Assembly: GCA_964465935.1 (NCBI GenBank) | Contig: CAYXMO010000001.1 | Location: 1-49,714, forward strand | DNA: 49,714 nucleotides | Direction of reading: 5' to 3' | Source of the DNA: an uncultured Rhizobium sp. | GTDB taxonomy: Bacteria > Pseudomonadota > Alphaproteobacteria > Micropepsales > Micropepsaceae | Shown here: positions 47,477 through 49,714 of the stretch, in pieces | Position numbering within the stretch: the stretch's first letter is position 1 | Layout of the letters: each line of letters begins with the position of its first letter | The notes under the pieces: generated by a model | What the model was told of the DNA's origin: nothing | The model's input: the letters and a program-made list of their open reading frames with translations, nothing else | Database searches by the model: none | Program-made: the position numbers and the translations under genes

Positions 47477-48714
47477 CCGGCGAGGATCGCGCGCTTCTGC
47501 TGCTCGGTGAAGGCGTGCAGCTTGTTCATGTAGACGAAGCGAACGTAATCGCGGCCCTCGGCGCTCATCTTGTCGAACCAGTCGTCCTCGCCGAGCATCT
47601 CACCCAGGCGCGGCGCGTTGCGGTGGAGCATCTGCACGTCGGTCTTCTTCGGCTCCAGGCTGCGCAGGATGCCGCGGTTGAAATGCGCATGCAGCGTGAC
47701 GCGGTCGCCCGGCTCGCTGCGGTCGCCCTGCCAGTGCCACACCCCATGGGTGAAGAACACCACCGAGCCCTTGGGCATCTCGATCGGCACGCCGTCATTG
47801 CGGCCTTCGCCCTCGCGCGGATGGCGGCGCATCTTGTGGCTGCCGGGCACGATCCAGGTCGGGCCGGCGGCGACGGTCCAGTCTTCCAGCGCCCACACCC
47901 CGACCCCGGTCATGGCGAATTCGGGGTACGGCTCGGGGACATGGGCGTAGTCGGTGTGCATCGCGATGAAGCCGGCGCCGGGGCCGCGCAGGATCGAGCT
48001 GAACGAGGCGATCACCGCGCCGCGCCCGAGCGAGGCGTCGATCAGCGTCATCAGATGCGGATTCTGGATCAGATGCTCGAAGGGCCGGCCGTGATAGAGC
48101 ATCCAGTTCATCGAGACGCTCTGGTGCGGCAGCAGCGCGGCGATGGTCGCGGCGCGGACTTCGTCGGCGAATTCCGGTGAGATCGCGCGCTCGACGATGG
48201 TGTAGCCCTGTTCTTCCATCTCGCGGATCTTGCCCGTCAGGCCCTGGCGCGCGGCGCGGTGGGCGAGATCGGGATTCTCCACCGTGCGCCGGCCCATATG
48301 GTCGTGCAGCAGCGAGGTGAGCTTGTTGACGCGCTCGTCGGCGAACTTGCCCTTGACCCTGACCGCGTCCTTGCCGAAGGCGTTGCGCAATTCGCGGACC
48401 ATGGCGCGATAGGCGCCCGGCGCCAGCACGCCGACGAATTGCGCCGAGGACAGCGCCGCCTGATAATCGCCTTCGACGCGGACTTCGGCGGCCTCGTCGA
48501 AGCCGCGGCCGACCGTCAGGTTCGTTCCGTCATAGCGCACATGCCAGGCGCCGGCATTGCCGGGCAGATTCAGATGCGGCGGCGCGTCGGTGAAGCACTC
48601 GCTGAGCGAGAACGCGCCGACCTTCATCTGCTCGAGGGCGCGGATGAGGAATTTGCGCGCCTCGTCGATCCAGGCGTCGGACTGGAACTCGACATGATGC
48701 GGCAAGGTGATCAT
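47473..48714 (-). CDS. PhyH-family dioxygenase fused to an N-terminal SCP2-like domain
   Basis: N-terminal FQSDAWID...WHVRY...VRVEGDY; C-terminal EQGYTIVE, MHTD (HxD), GPTWIVPGSH, GSVV...WH. Confidence 0.8.
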   Translation of the reverse strand: MITLPHHVEFQSDAWIDEARKFLIRALEQMKVGAFSLSECFTDAPPHLNLPGNAGAWHVRYDGTNLTVGRGFDEAAEVRVEGDYQAALSSAQFVGVLAPGAYRAMVRELRNAFGKDAVRVKGKFADERVNKLTSLLHDHMGRRTVENPDLAHRAARQGLTGKIREMEEQGYTIVERAISPEFADEVRAATIAALLPHQSVSMNWMLYHGRPFEHLIQNPHLMTLIDASLGRGAVIASFSSILRGPGAGFIAMHTDYAHVPEPYPEFAMTGVGVWALEDWTVAAGPTWIVPGSHKMRRHPREGEGRNDGVPIEMPKGSVVFFTHGVWHWQGDRSEPGDRVTLHAHFNRGILRSLEPKKTDVQMLHRNAPRLGEMLGEDDWFDKMSAEGRDYVRFVYMNKLHAFTEQQKRAILAG

Positions 48715-49328
48715 CAGGCGCGCGCCATCGCCTTCTGCAGCGACTTCTCCAGCCGCGCAAAGCCTTCGGTCATGCAGGCCATGATCGCCTTGGCGTCGTC
48801 GCTCGGGCCATGCGCGGCGGCGCCATTGCTCATCGCCTTCGCCGCGCCATTACCGTTGGCTTTCGCGCCGCCGGCCTTGGCGCGCACCTTGGCATAGGCG
48901 GCGCGCAGCTTGGCGGCGCTGTCGCGTTCCTCGCAGATGTACCAGGACAGCATGTTGGCGGTGACCGGATCGTAGGAGCCGCCAGCGATCGCCTTCTCGA
49001 TCTCGCCGAAGGGATCGGTTTCCTCGCGCTCGCGCGGCAGCTTGTCGAGATCGCTGACTTTCGGATTGGCGTATTTGGCGATGCGCTCGGCGCTCTTGGG
49101 ATCGGGCTTGGGCTTCAAGTCGAAGCCGAGTTCGCCGACCATGCGGCAGAAGATCTGGCCATGGCTGGTCTCGCGCGCCGCGACCAGGCGCAGCGTGCAG
49201 GCGAGTTCGTCATCGCAGGTCGCATCCGCCCAGGCCCGCAGATAGACGCCGGCTTCGGTCTCGGCCAGCGAGATCGCGTTGAGCAATCCCAGATAGGCGG
49301 GCTTGGATTTGCTGGTGCTCGTCTGCAT
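48714..49328 (-). CDS. Ferritin-like four-helix protein
   Basis: LLNAISLAE..A, ARETSHG (ExxH), WYICEERDS; stop overlaps the next start by 1 nt. Confidence 0.6.
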   Translation of the reverse strand: MQTSTSKSKPAYLGLLNAISLAETEAGVYLRAWADATCDDELACTLRLVAARETSHGQIFCRMVGELGFDLKPKPDPKSAERIAKYANPKVSDLDKLPREREETDPFGEIEKAIAGGSYDPVTANMLSWYICEERDSAAKLRAAYAKVRAKAGGAKANGNGAAKAMSNGAAAHGPSDDAKAIMACMTEGFARLEKSLQKAMARA

Positions 49329-49436
49329 GGCCTTGTCTCCCCGATCGTTGTTTTGCGCAATGCTAGGCGCGGGAACGCGCGCCCGGCAATCGCGGCCTTT
49401 GTGTGCAGAGCAGCAATTCGGCTGCGTGCCGCTGGG

Positions 49437-49714
49437 TCAGCCTTTGGCGAACAGCGCCCGCAACTCCCGCTTGAGCACCTTGCCGGTGGCGGTGCGCGGC
49501 AACTCGTGTTCCGTGAGCTTGTAAGATGACGGAATCTTGAACTTTGCCAGCGTCGCGGCCAGCGTCGCGCGCAGCTCGTCGGGCAGGCCGGCGGCGCGGG
49601 CGGGATCGGCGACCTGGATCACGGCGGCAACCTGCTCGCCATATTCGGGGTCGGGCAAGCCGATCACCGCAGCGTCCTTGACCGAGGGATGTTCGAGGAG
49701 CGCGGCCTCGACCT
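49437..49714 (-). CDS. AMP-dependent acyl-CoA synthetase, C-terminal part; truncated by window edge
   Basis: VEAALLEHPSVKDAAVIGLPDPEYGE, KFKIP, LPRTATGKVLKRELR. Confidence 0.92.
   Translation of the reverse strand, partial: VEAALLEHPSVKDAAVIGLPDPEYGEQVAAVIQVADPARAAGLPDELRATLAATLAKFKIPSSYKLTEHELPRTATGKVLKRELRALFAKG

Noticed and set aside
1-49714. CRISPR arrays, tRNA/rRNA, IS elements, integrases, prophage genes
   Set aside because: None recognised by eye. tRNAscan-SE, Infernal and ISEScan would be needed to exclude small or degenerate elements.

Overview
GC-rich alphaproteobacterial chromosome segment. The assignment is inferred from the IF-3 sequence style, a CtrA-like box and the gene repertoire. 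About 37 kb (5.1-42.3 kb) is a mosaic Wzx/Wzy-dependent surface-polysaccharide region. Its export genes are a priming phosphoglycosyltransferase, a short OPX/Wza, a Wzc tyrosine kinase, an outer-membrane beta-barrel, a Wzx flippase and three Wzy/WaaL-like proteins. Its synthesis genes are a GDP-mannose dehydrogenase with an AsnB-type amidotransferase, several glycosyltransferases, the dTDP-rhamnose genes (rmlBCDA) and a dTDP-3-amino-3,6-dideoxyhexose pathway. A BTLCP cysteine peptidase faces an Ala/Gly-rich secreted protein inside the region. The left flank holds a ROK gene end, an O-methyltransferase, infC (ATA start) and a signal-less S8 subtilase with a Lys-rich tail. The right flank holds the most unusual locus: a signal-less thermolysin-like (HEXXH) peptidase coupled to a ComEC-type MBL hydrolase with a histone-H1-like N-tail and a large insertion. 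It is preceded by an 11-bp inverted repeat and lies divergent from a minimal kinase-fold gene, making it a candidate protease-activated nuclease (defence or cell-death) module. The window ends with a lytic transglycosylase carrying a FlbD-like tail and an acyl-CoA ligase / ferritin-like / SCP2-PhyH group. No rRNA, tRNA, CRISPR array or transposase was recognised. All calls come from motif recognition by eye; no searches were run.
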